Part shown: positions 52,711-64,000 of the stretch, piece after piece | How the letters are laid out: each line of letters starts with the position of its first letter | Numbering within the stretch: the stretch's first letter is position 1 | NCBI RefSeq assembly: GCF_009834535.1 | Contig: NC_045696.1 | Coordinates: 114,020,001 to 114,084,000 of the forward strand | From: Camelus ferus | Lineage: Eukaryota | DNA length: 64,000 bases | Reading direction: 5' to 3' | Notes under the pieces: model-generated | Told to the model about the DNA's origin: nothing | Seen by the model: the letters and a program-made list of their open reading frames with translations, nothing else | Databases searched by the model: none | Translations under genes and position numbers: made by a program

Positions 52711-55021
52711 ATTAACTTTCTCCTACAAAATGACACTATTTGGAAAAGACATCTCATCTGCATAAAAATCAATTTTCAATAAAAGTAAGTTAGAATTTTA
52801 TTTTGAAACTACTTCTAACTTTGAATCTTGGGAACAGGTCAGTAGTGGGATTCTAATATCCATGGAAGATTCAACCCCTCCTCAAGGCTCTATGACAACT
52901 AGTCAATAAATACGGTGACCCTACTCTTCTAGGCACTGCAGATATAGTGGTGAATTGAAAAGATGTAAGCCGCTGCCCTCATGATTCCCATTTTTTCCCT
53001 AAGTTGTTAGAACTTAAGCAGAGATGAGGGAAAAAACCAACTTCACTGTCAACTAAATTGGGGGAAGGGAATTTTGTCACTTAGAAAATTAGCAGTGAAG
53101 CAGCATTTTTATATTTAAAACAAATAGTAAATGACTAAGTCACTTCAGACACTCACCCATAAACCACCCAGAGACCTTCCAGAGGAAGGTCATGCATCAC
53201 AGTTTGAAAGTCCGAGATGCAGAAGAATAAATCTGCGCATGGAGGGATTTTTTCCAGCTAGGAAGCAATCCAAAAGATACTTCTCTCTTTCACCAATGCA
53301 GTGATACCAACTTCTACTATCTGCCAACCGGGCACCATCCTGGGTCGTTCACAACCCATCTCAAAACTAAGTTTTACCCTTTTTAAAGAGGGAGGGGGGA
53401 GGAAAACTAGGTTTGAACATATAAACTATACTTTGTCACACTGTAGGAAAATGAAAATGAAGTAAAAAATGACACAGGTACTTGAAAAAATTCATGCAAT
53501 CCTCACTTTTACACACTACTCAGATCATTCTCTTTCATGGCAGAATTTGGTCTTTGCCACATTACCCAACAAATATGATTTTAAGGTATTTATGGTGGTG
53601 CTCCCAGCCAGGGGAAAAGGCAGGACCTCACAAAGGCAGACAGGAGTCTGTTAACTTACAGTCACAGGAGAGCGGAGCACAGCCCCAGCAGAAGCACTTT
53701 CCAAACCCTACTCCCCACAGACCTGGCCAGCCACCCTCTCCCTTTCCTGACAACTGAAGAGGCCCAAAGAAAACCCTCACTGTCAGAAGCTGAAGACTGA
53801 ATTAGACTCATTTACACGGGCCGCAACCTGTACTTGAATGTCTCTTACCCTCCCACACCTAGCCTCCCTTCTTTCATCTAAATGTCATATTTTCTCCATC
53901 CCCACCTTCCTTATCCGCTCTAACTCCACCCCCATGTCCCAGCAGCACGTCACTTTGTGTTGTGGCCAGGCAGCAGAGAGACTGGTCCACCAACTGAGGC
54001 CTTTTGGATTTGTGGTGTGACAGCAGAAACAAACTGAACCCTTTCTCCCATGCTAGCATGTTCGCGTACAGAGGTTCACAGGTTTAAAGTTCAAGGCTAT
54101 CTGACTTTCACACAACTCCTTCCACAGAGGTCAGGGATCAGCAATACACTTCCTAGAAAGGGAAACTGACTATCCCAGCCCCTTGGGATGGGTTGCCGAC
54201 CACTCACCATCACTCCAACATTTCCCCCTAGAAAGTCATGCCCCCAGGAGGCCTCAGAAGGTTCTTCCCAGTGCTGTGGACTAACTAGGCCATAGAGAAA
54301 CAAAGTGTACTAGGCCATATGGTTTATGATCTTCAGGACAGGTTCCCCTAATCCACACTATCCAGTGAAGTACAAAGCTATCATTCAATATTCAGACATT
54401 CCACTACGCCTAAAATTTACAGGCTGCTTTTATTTACACTTCCTATTTCATATAAAAAAAGGTATTAAAACAAAACAAGAACAGTACATCACAGGACCAG
54501 GAAAGACTCTACTAAATTCAATTCACCTTTAAATTATTTACCAAGAGATACTCTCTACTGTAACAATATGAAAGCAGATTCCCTCTGCTGAGTCCAATGG
54601 CATGCCAATCATCAAAAGCAACTGATGTGGTAATAGAGAATCATTCAAATATCTTCCTTCCAGATCTGCCTATTCTCTGGAGAAAAAGAAAACCTGTATC
54701 AAGAACGAATCACTGCCTAATATAATGAAACCAAGATGCATTTGTTGCTAACTCCAGCATTTCTCACTTTACTAACAGCAAATAGTAGAAAATACACTAT
54801 CACTCAGTAACTATTTCAACAGATTCCCACTCTCTATTCTATGTTACTGAACAGAATAAAATACTAACGGTCAAGGAACTATAAATCGAATCATCACACT
54901 TTCATATGCATTTTTCTGCACGTGCTCACTTAACAATAATACATTAACACGCACACTATGGATACGTGCTTTATAAATCTGCCACGTTGTTTAACTGACA
55001 AGATCATATTGCGTACAATTA

Positions 55022-55372
<351 letters not shown>

Positions 55373-55539
55373 TCAAAAATCACATATTCAGTTGTGGGAG
55401 GACTACAGTAAGGTACCTTGAGAACACAGAGAAAGTGAATCTTAGAGTGGAACAAGTAAAGTTACTATAAAATGAATGGTTGGTTATTTACAAAACAGCT
55501 TTGGGAGTTGCCAAAACTTTTCTTTCATCCGATGAATTC

Positions 55540-56082
55540 AAAATGTACTGAGAAGAGAAATGGAAACATATACAATTATACTCAAAATGTTCATAGCAAC
55601 ATTCTTCATAGAGCCGAAAAGAGGGGACAACTCAACTATCCACTAACTGATGAGCAGAGGAACCAAACGTGTTACGTCCAAACAATGGAATATTACTTAG
55701 CCATATAAAGGAATGACATACAGTATCTACATGGTGCAAAATGGATGGACTTTGAAAACATTATATGTGAAAGAAGCCTGTCACAAAGGACCACAAACTG
55801 CCTGATTCCTATTTATACGAAATGATCAGAATAGGAAAATCCACAGAGACAGAAAAGTCAATTAGTGATTGGGAGGGGCTAGAAGTGAAGGAAAAATGGG
55901 GAAGGACTGCAAATAAGTAAGTACAAAGTTTCCTTCTGGGGTGATGAAAATGTTCTTAAATTAGACATCGGTAATGTTGCACAACTCTAAAATAGTCTAA
56001 AAACCACTGCATTTTAAAAGAGTGGATTTTCATAGTTTATGAATTACATGTCAATAAAGCTGTTACCGAAAAAAAAAAAAAA
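55540..56082 (+). mobile_element. Old L1 (L1MB-like) 3' end in intron 1
   Basis: aatgttcatagcaac...acaatggaatattacttagcc...ttctggggtgatgaaaatgttct...caataaagctgtt followed by an A tail. Confidence 0.85.
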
Positions 56083-59000
56083 TCTAGGGCCTCCTCTCCA
56101 CCAGGCACTGTTCTAGGCCCTCTGGTCTCACAAGCATGAGAAAGTTGGTCTAGTGGGTAAGCCAACTTGCTAAGTGCTGTGACAGAGGTTAGGAAAAACA
56201 GTCACAGGAACAGGGAAATGGGAGACACTTCTGCATCAATATTAAATGAATATATCCTCGGACTAGGCTAAGGTTAAAATTCTCTAAACCAGTCAATTGT
56301 TTTAAGCAACCTTTGTGATAACAGAAGAACACAGAGGCCTCCACGATTCTAAATAAAAACTGAATTGTATGATGGTGTCAGCACTGATCCAGCAATATGC
56401 TAAGCAACCACGTTTCACAAGAGATGAAGACTGTGTGCAGACACTGGAGGATTCCTTGTTTTTTCCCCACAGAAAATATCCCTCAAGGCTTTCAAATCCC
56501 TTTTGCTCTGAGTTCATGCTCCGCGAGCAACTCTGATGACCAACTCAATTTCCTCACTACCTTGATATGTAGGTAGCTGTTATGACCTAGATAACACCCA
56601 AACGAATTGCAGTTTTCTCTTCTTGACTGTCATTCTATCATAATCAATTTCTGAGTTTGACTACAATGAACACATCCCTTGTGACCCAGCTAGCATGGAG
56701 TGTACTGACAAATCCAAAAACAAACGGACAAACCGATGCCCAGACTCTCACCACGTTACTGTCACCTCATAACCACTTGAGCACAGTGTGGCCACCTCCT
56801 GAGGCATCTCTTCTTTAAAAGATAAAACCGCCTTCAAGGTGTGACCTTTAAAAATCATAGATAAATGGAACAAATTCCTTTAGGAAAAGATACCATATTA
56901 CTCTTAATCAAATTGGACTTGAAATATCAAGAATAAGAATATGTAAAAGATACCTCAAATAAAGCACTGTTCTTACTACTACGATCAGTCCAAATGTATA
57001 GCTAGTTGACAATGATTATTAAAATTCATCATCACCAAAGATTTAACTTGTAGCTTGCTCTAAATCGAAGTGACTTCATAACACAGACCTCTAAGTGACT
57101 GAAATTTTTTATGGTAAGACAAACCAAAACGCACTGCAAGAGAACGGAAGAACCCAGGAGCACAGAGGGGTGAACAATCAATAGAAAATACTGAATACCT
57201 TCAATGAGACATCACACAAAACACACTATCACCACCCCTCACACCTTCAACAGCTCCCTTCTCCCACGCCAAATAAAAATAGGTCTGTCCAGGCAGCTCC
57301 GAAACATGCAGGGAAATCTGACTGCTCTTCTACCTATCCTGTAAATGGAGAGCATCAGTCTCCACAGCTGTGACATCTTTTACGAGCACTAAAGTCACTT
57401 AATAGAATACTGAAATTTTACATCAGTATGTTTCACATCTAGCTCTAACAGTCCTAACATATATCTTGCTTTTTTTTTCATTTTTATTCCACTTAAATTT
57501 TTATCCTTGGATTTAACACTGATTTTTTTTTCAGATTACTCCTTTCAGTTAAAATATATCAGAAGTTTCAAACCTTATTAAGTATGTACATAAGAGCATG
57601 TCGGAGCAGATGTGCACTGGAGTAAGAAAGAGAACAGTACTCAGGCAAAGGCACTCAGATACAGCAAAATGCTGCTGGCAATATTTTGAGAAATGTGAAA
57701 TGATTGAGAAATCATTTTATACATCTTAAACCTGAAGTAATCCATTATATAAAAAATAGTTGGAAACCTAAATCAAAAATCTTTTTTACTGAAGCTCCAG
57801 CTTCAGTTTTAATAAACTATGCCTCTAGAATTTCAGTTGAATATTACGTTATAGAGGTACACATTCTTCTTAATATTCTTATGTGTGTTTACATCATCTC
57901 CAATAACGCTGAGTATATACAATTACTTGAAAGACTACTCAATATAATCCGAACCATAATCTAAAGCACAAATTTCATGAATCCCTCCAGATTATCAGAA
58001 GACTATAATTAGTCTCACTAGAGAATTGTTGAAAATACCCAAATAGATGTATAATCTTTACAGCTTCACAATAAAGAAAAAAAGTCTATTTCCACTTTTG
58101 ACCTGAGATACTTTATTTCATCCAAATTCTAACCTACAAGTGATAAATTTCCCTGAGGCCACTAATAACCACCATAGAAACTTTTAGAAACAAAGTTTTC
58201 ATATCTTTTTCAAATATCAACAGTAAGAGAAATTTCTGTTGGTTTTGTTTTTTGAATGCCTGGTTACAGTAAAACTTATTTCACTACATAAGTGGCAACT
58301 AATTTTTATGAAGAAAAAGTCTATAAGCATTTTAATTAGTTATGATTAGTGTTTTGTCTCTCTGAAGTACAAATGAATAAAAATTCCTGAATTAAAACTC
58401 TCTAAATGTTATCTTTTAAATCAGCATTTTAAAATTATCTTCTAAGATTAATTCTTAAATAGCTAATTTGATCCAATTATTTAATCTAGAGTAAAGATGA
58501 CCTTGAATCACACATTTATAAGCATAGAGCTACTCTTCCATAGTTCCAAAGATACTAAGACACTTAAACTTATATTTTTACTTTGTACTCAAAGTAAAAC
58601 TTGGTTTCTAAACATTAAATATTGAAATAAACTTTCCTCAAATACATGTTTTATTAAGAGTTTAGACATTGTTCCCTTTTCAACACACAAATTACCTAAC
58701 CCTGTATTAGCTTTGTACAATTACGTTGTAATTACAGTCCTGGAAATTACCAACATGCGAAATGAAACTCACAAGTTCCATAAAAATGAAACGATTTGGT
58801 TATAAATATTACCGATACCATAAAAGCAACTAGAGTCACTCCATAAATCCGGATTACTGTCTAGATAAGCCTTATAACTGTGTCGTATGGTATAAAACTG
58901 CAAAGGCAAGTGTTCGTTTGAGCTTTGACAACAGGAAAACACTTAACTCTCTCATCTGATTTTTTGTCATTTGTCTTCCCACTCACGTTTCTAAACTTTT

Positions 59001-60496
59001 CTAAAACGTAAAACAAAATAATTTATATTATATTCAGAATACCTAGCAATAAGCAGCTTTTAACTTACCTGCAAAGATATTTATGCAGGAAATAATATTG
59101 GAACACCTAAGTTTTGAGGAAAAGGTTCTCTGTCCTGGGGGGGAGCACCTTTCTGTAATGGGATATGACAATATGGGAAAACCCTCCGTCATCAGCACCA
59201 ACCCACATACAAAACTCTGAAGAGCCAAAGAGGATCCAAACTGCGTAAACACAAATATTTAGGTTCCCGAGGTCCAGAGTGAATTATCACATATTCAGAA
59301 ACATACTTTTTTAAGAATCAGGGATAAAAAACTAAGAACTTTAAATCCTTCTGAAAAGCGAGATACTCTTAAGGTAAACCCTAGCATTTCCTTTTGTACT
59401 TTAAAATAAAAATATTTGAGGGGACTCTCAAGAATACACAATGCAAAACGATGAATCTCGAAAACATGCAAATAGGTCTAACAGCCACCGAGCACAGGAT
59501 GATGTCTTTCTAAAGCGGCCTTAATTTCCTTAAGGGAAGATGGATTGGACATTTCTGGTTGGTCGTGAGAAAAAAAAAAAAAAAAACCACAAGAAGCTAC
59601 GCTTTATCTTCATTAGAAATGGTAAAGGGCAAAAGGATCAAAACATTAAGAGAGGAGAGAGGGGGAGAGGGAGGGGGAGTGGGGGGAGGAATCCAGTTTC
59701 AAACCAGGCCAGTGGGGGCTGCAGAGAAGAGACCAGAGAAAAATGGGCTTCGGCTCCAAACTGTGACAAGCGCTGGGCTTCACAAAAGACCAAGACAACA
59801 CACACTCCACACCGGGGGACACACCAACACACCCCACAAGGTCTCTTGGGCGGTCCACGGGGGTGCGGCGGCGCAGGGGAGCCAGACCCGGCACTCGCCC
59901 GGAGAGACACCATGTGCAGCAATTATGCAATTAGGGAAAATAGCAAAAGATCAAGCCGGGCACTTTCCACCGTGACATTTATCCTGTACTTTTGCGAAGA
60001 CTTAGTTCCAGGATGCGGCTGGGAGAGGCAAGGGGCTTGGGAGGGTGGCGAAGGATGGGGAACCGAGAACGGAAGGGGGTTGAAGATGGGCCGGGAGGGG
60101 AGAGGCAGAAGGGGGGTGGATGGGGAGGAGGGGGAGGGGTGGAAAGGGCGAGAAACCGGGGCAGGAGGCTCGAGGGAGGGGGCGCGGGGAGAGGGGCACG
60201 CGGGGAGCGGGGAGGGACCCGGGGCGCCAGCGGCGTAAGCGGAGACCTGCGGCGCTGAGGGGAGCGGGCCGAGGCGGGGGCACCGGCGCGGCCCGGCGAG
60301 TACCTGAGGGAGGGGCGTCCGCGCAGGTCGCGGGCTCGAGCCCAAGCCCGAGGAGAGAGGGCTGCGGAGGCGCGGGGGGAAGGAGCGCCGAGGAGGCCCC
60401 GGGGACGAGCTGTCCTCGCGGACCGTCCAGTCACCGAAACCGGACCCGCGCACCGGACCGCCCGGCCACGCCTGTCCCCGCCGCGCGCGGACTCAC

Positions 60497-60660
60497 CCCC
60501 GGCGCCGCCGCCGCCGCCCCCGGCCGTTCCAGCTCCGGCTCCCGAGGCTGCTGCCCGCGGCTGCTGCGGTGGCCGCCCCTGAGTCCTGGAAAGTGAAGCC
60601 ACCGCCTCCGTGAGCCACCTCTGCCGCCGCCGCCGCCGCCCGGCCGTCCGCGCGCGCGCC
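60497..60660 (-). other. UBE2E2: UBE2E2 non-coding exon 1 (5'UTR); 5' boundary approximate
   Basis: Consensus donor GGG|GTGAGT at 60497/60496 inside the CpG island, ~5.1 kb upstream of exon 2. No ATG in the exon. TSS cannot be fixed from sequence alone. Confidence 0.75.
60504..60640 (-). repeat. Two short (GGC)n tracts in the 5'UTR exon: (GCC)5 at 60504-60518 and (GCC)6 at 60623-60640 on the + strand
   Basis: Read directly from the sequence. Confidence 0.9.
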
Positions 60661-62479
60661 CGCGACTGCGCGTGCCCGCGCGCCCGCCCGGGAGAGACCG
60701 CGAGAGCGCGAGCCCCACGTCGGCCCGCCGCGCCGCGCCGCGCCTCCCCGCTCCGCCCCTCCTCCTCGGGCGCGCGGCCGCGAGGGGGCGGGGGCGGGCG
60801 CGCGCACGGCGGGTGCCCCGAGGCTGGGCGAGGGGGCGGGGAGGCGGCGCGGAAAAGTAAAGTGACAACCGAGTCCCGCGAGCGGGCAGGGCCGGGGGCG
60901 GGCGAGGGGCGTCCCACGGAGAAGGAGCGGTCGGGACCGGGAGAGGGGAGGGAAACGGAGGCTGCCGGGCCGGCTGGAGGGAGGGGACGCGGGGACCTTG
61001 ACGGGCACGCGCGTTAAAGGGAAACGCTGGCTGGGGGTGGGAGTTGCCCGAAGACTGAGCGGGGGCGGCGTTTCACCCCCGGCCACTGCAGCCCTGGCTT
61101 CATACTGGCCTCGAAGCTTTCTCCAAATGGCTACAGGACTGACCCTATTGACTCACGAAGCAAAACTCGGACGCGTGGTGTCCACATGCACCCAGGATGG
61201 GAAAACTTCGCGGTGGCCTGGAAAGTTCGCCCAGGCTACACTCCTCATCCGACATTGCAGCACGAAGGTCCTTCTGCCTTTGGGCGCGCCCAGGCCCAGA
61301 ATGTACCCCGCGAGCCAAGACTTAAGGTCATTCAACCCTGGGATACTGAGGAGAGAGTGGAGGTAGGGGCAGAGGCTGTCTGGGAGAGAGTGGGAAGCTG
61401 CAGTGATGTCCAGCTAAAGGGGTGAGGACAACAGTGCTCCGGGTGACCCGAGGGAACATTAGGCTCCCCTATAATCTTCACCCCAAATACCATGCCTGCT
61501 ATGCAAACTCTGCCTCCACAGAATTTTCCCCGTCCCCACCCCAGCCCCTCTGATCAACTGATTGCTGTTGCAGCTCCTAAACGTGACCCAGCAGGGGCGA
61601 ACACAGCCCCACAGGATCCAGATCAGCTCAAGCAGCCTCAAGACCCCAGAGGACAGGAGCAAGTAGGTATGTCTAGACTTGAACATCCTTTTATCAAATG
61701 CCTTCTTCAAGCTTTGGCTATTACTTTATAACATCCCTGAACTTGAAGCCTCGGTGAATCACCATGGAGCAAAACGTGGGTGTGTTCTTATTATCAACTC
61801 AAGGACATTAACAGGCCCTGTTACCCTTAAACTCTAAAATGTGTATTGGAGGATTAGAAATGACCGTATCCTGGAATTATCATCTATTATAAAGCCACCT
61901 ATCTCTCTCACATGGTGCAATATAATATTAGGAAAAGATGACATAAAATGCATAATTTTTTATTATTTAGAATATGACCAAAATAAAGCATTTCATACAC
62001 TGCCTTAAATATGTACATAATTTATCTCACCTTATGAGATACTTGTACATTAATATTCTCACTTTATTGATTGTCAATATGTTTTGCAACTGTTTGGTGA
62101 GGATGAATGACAGAATCTCCATTTCCTGGGTCTCCATGCTCTTCTCCAAATAAACTACTCTTTTATATACTCTTAGGTGTACATCCTGTCGATTTCTGTT
62201 TGTTTACAATGAATAGTTTATTGTAAAGTACTTTGCTATTACAGAAAGTATCCAAGTTGCCTTTTTCAGTCCTGGTCATGGGCAACTGGGGGAGCAGAGA
62301 TGCAGCAATGGCAACTTCCAACTTTATGAAAGGGTCAGAAGAGGTTTCACTGCTTAAATGCTGAAACTGTCCTTGCTATACAGGACTTCACTTACCTGTA
62401 GCTGTTTTAACTGCTATATACTACTTACTGAATTTAAGAAGGGCATCATAATACAAATCAAAGCTATCCTTTTCATTGA

Positions 62480-63290
62480 TGCAAGGAATGTTTATTGACT
62501 ACCAGGCACTGTCTAGGTGGCTGGGATATGACATTGGATAAAAGAGAAAAACTGCCTGCCCTCACAGAGCTTTTCCATCCTTGACTCTTCTCTCTATGTT
62601 ACACCTTATCTCCAATTCATCAGCAAGCTATCCTGAAAGGATCCCCTACTTCCCTCCTCCCTCCCCACAGCTAATACTCTGGTCCAAGCCACCAGCATCT
62701 CTCAATAATAGCCTTTTACCCTATCTTTCTACTTCCAGCTCCACTTCCCTGCACACTCCACCCATCATCCCACACACAACAGTCTGAGTGATCCTTTAAA
62801 ACATGCATTAGATTATGTCTCTCCTCTTTTCAAAACCTCCAGTGGCTTCCTGCTGTAGGCCAATAGCCAAAGACCTTACGGTGGCTACGTGTCGCTACAT
62901 GATCTACCTGCCACCCCCAGCCAGGTCCCCTCTGACCTCACGTTATACACCTTCACCCCACCCTTTTCTCCCTCCAGCCACACTAGCCTCCTTGCTAATA
63001 TGGAATACACCAAACATTTTTCAAACTTAAGATACCTGACTTAGAGTTTCCTGTGTCTGTAACATTCTTCCCTCCCCCAGCACCTCCTTTTCTCCCTTCT
63101 CTGCTTTAATTTTCTTCTTGATCATCGTAATAAATCGGAAATAATTTTTTTAACTTGTCTATTTTCGTCTTCCCCTTCTCCTCTGCTCTTCCTTCCCTCT
63201 CTCCAAATTTAAGCACTTTGGGAACAGATATTTCACTGGCTGCAGTTCATTGCTATTTATATTCAGTAAATACCGGTTGCGTGAATGAAA
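62480..63290. mobile_element. Adjacent L2 fragments (short minus-strand 3' end ~62480-62570, then plus-strand body ~62600-63290)
   Basis: tttattgactaccaggcactgtctagg... followed by ggtccaagccaccagcatctct...gtgatcctttaaaacatg...gtgaatgaa. Confidence 0.65.
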
Positions 63291-63339
63291 TTGACCTCTT
63301 TCAGTTGCTAGCGTGATAGACATTATTCTAATTTCTTCA

Positions 63340-63560
63340 ATAATAATATTAGCACTTAGCCTTAGTGTATTCTTAACTGGTAACAGGCAACATTCTAGCC
63401 CTTTACATATACTAGCTTACAAACACCCCATAAGGTTGGTTTCATTCAGTCAACCCCACTGTACAGATGAGAACATTAAAGGGCAGAGACGTGAAATCAC
63501 TTGTTTGCAGTCACACAGCAGACCTGGGATTTGGAATCAGCAGTTCGGCTCTACAGTCTG
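63340..63560 (-). mobile_element. MIR SINE
   Basis: aacaccccataagg...tacagatgagaacattaaagggcagagacgtgaaatcacttg. Confidence 0.65.
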
Positions 63561-64000
63561 TGAACTTCAGAACACTTCAGCATGAGTCCAGTGTTACAAG
63601 CATAGATTTACTTGATTTTCTCAGTTCCTCTCCCCTGAGATTTAAACTTGGTCTCCAAAACAAACAGCTCACCTTCCTTCTGTTTCCTGCTCTGGTCCGT
63701 CAACATGTCATTGTGAGCTTCCCTCCCTCCCTCCTTCCCTACACTTCTTATTTCTGGGCTTTAATAGAGAGCCTACACTTTACCCCCTCCATCCAGCAGG
63801 TGGGAATGTTTTTGTAGATTTCTTGGAAGTTTTGTTACTGCCAACTTTGTGAGTAGGTAGATTCACAATTAGTTCTCCAGTTTGACAAGAAGTGTGGCAG
63901 AAAAGACCTCCCTGGGGGTACCTGGGCTGGATTTCTACAAAACACATCATTCTGGTAGATCTGCTCTTGTTTAGGCTGCTTCCATTCTTGTGGGGCTCCC

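Larger units (their letters stand above)
59850..61320. promoter_or_regulatory. CpG island / UBE2E2 promoter with GC boxes
   Basis: Very high GC and CpG density against an AT-rich, CpG-poor background. GGGGCGGGG Sp/KLF boxes near 60785-60797, 60833-60841 and 60894-60902; NRF1-like TGCGCGTGC near 60667; AP-1 TGACTCA at 61149-61155. Confidence 0.9.

Noticed and set aside
60298..60310. Alternative minus-strand donor CAG|GTACTC at 60304/60303
   Set aside because: Weak match beyond +3 and no supporting evidence; the GTGAGT donor at 60496 is stronger.
59540..61366. Many long overlapping ORFs (up to 312 aa) on both strands
   Set aside because: Low-complexity Arg/Pro/Gly/Ala translations expected from stop-poor CpG-island DNA; many start at non-ATG codons and none resembles a known protein.

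Overview
Mammalian genomic DNA containing the 5' part of UBE2E2 (ubiquitin-conjugating enzyme E2 E2) on the minus strand. It includes a CpG-island promoter with non-coding exon 1 (ends at 60497), coding exon 2 (55359-55176, ATG at 55351), coding exon 3 (44388-44338) and 44 kb of intron 3 running off the left edge. The young L1 3' ends resemble camelid L1 as I recall it, and I recognised no Alu, B1/B2, Bov-tA, PRE1 or Can-SINE, so an artiodactyl, probably a camelid, is likely but unproven. The rest is mostly interspersed repeats: L1M, L2, MIR, an MLT2 LTR, an ERV1 solo LTR and MER3. The most unusual object is a 3.1-kb young L1 in intron 2 (45186-48289), bounded by a target-site duplication (TSD). 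It has an intact 5' end and ORF1, but almost all of ORF2 is missing at a junction that looks like a splice junction, and it carries a short 3'-transduced tag. I found no prokaryote-type system, CRISPR array or RNA gene, and no clearly novel protein-coding system. Coordinates of old repeats are approximate and family names come from recall, not from database searches.
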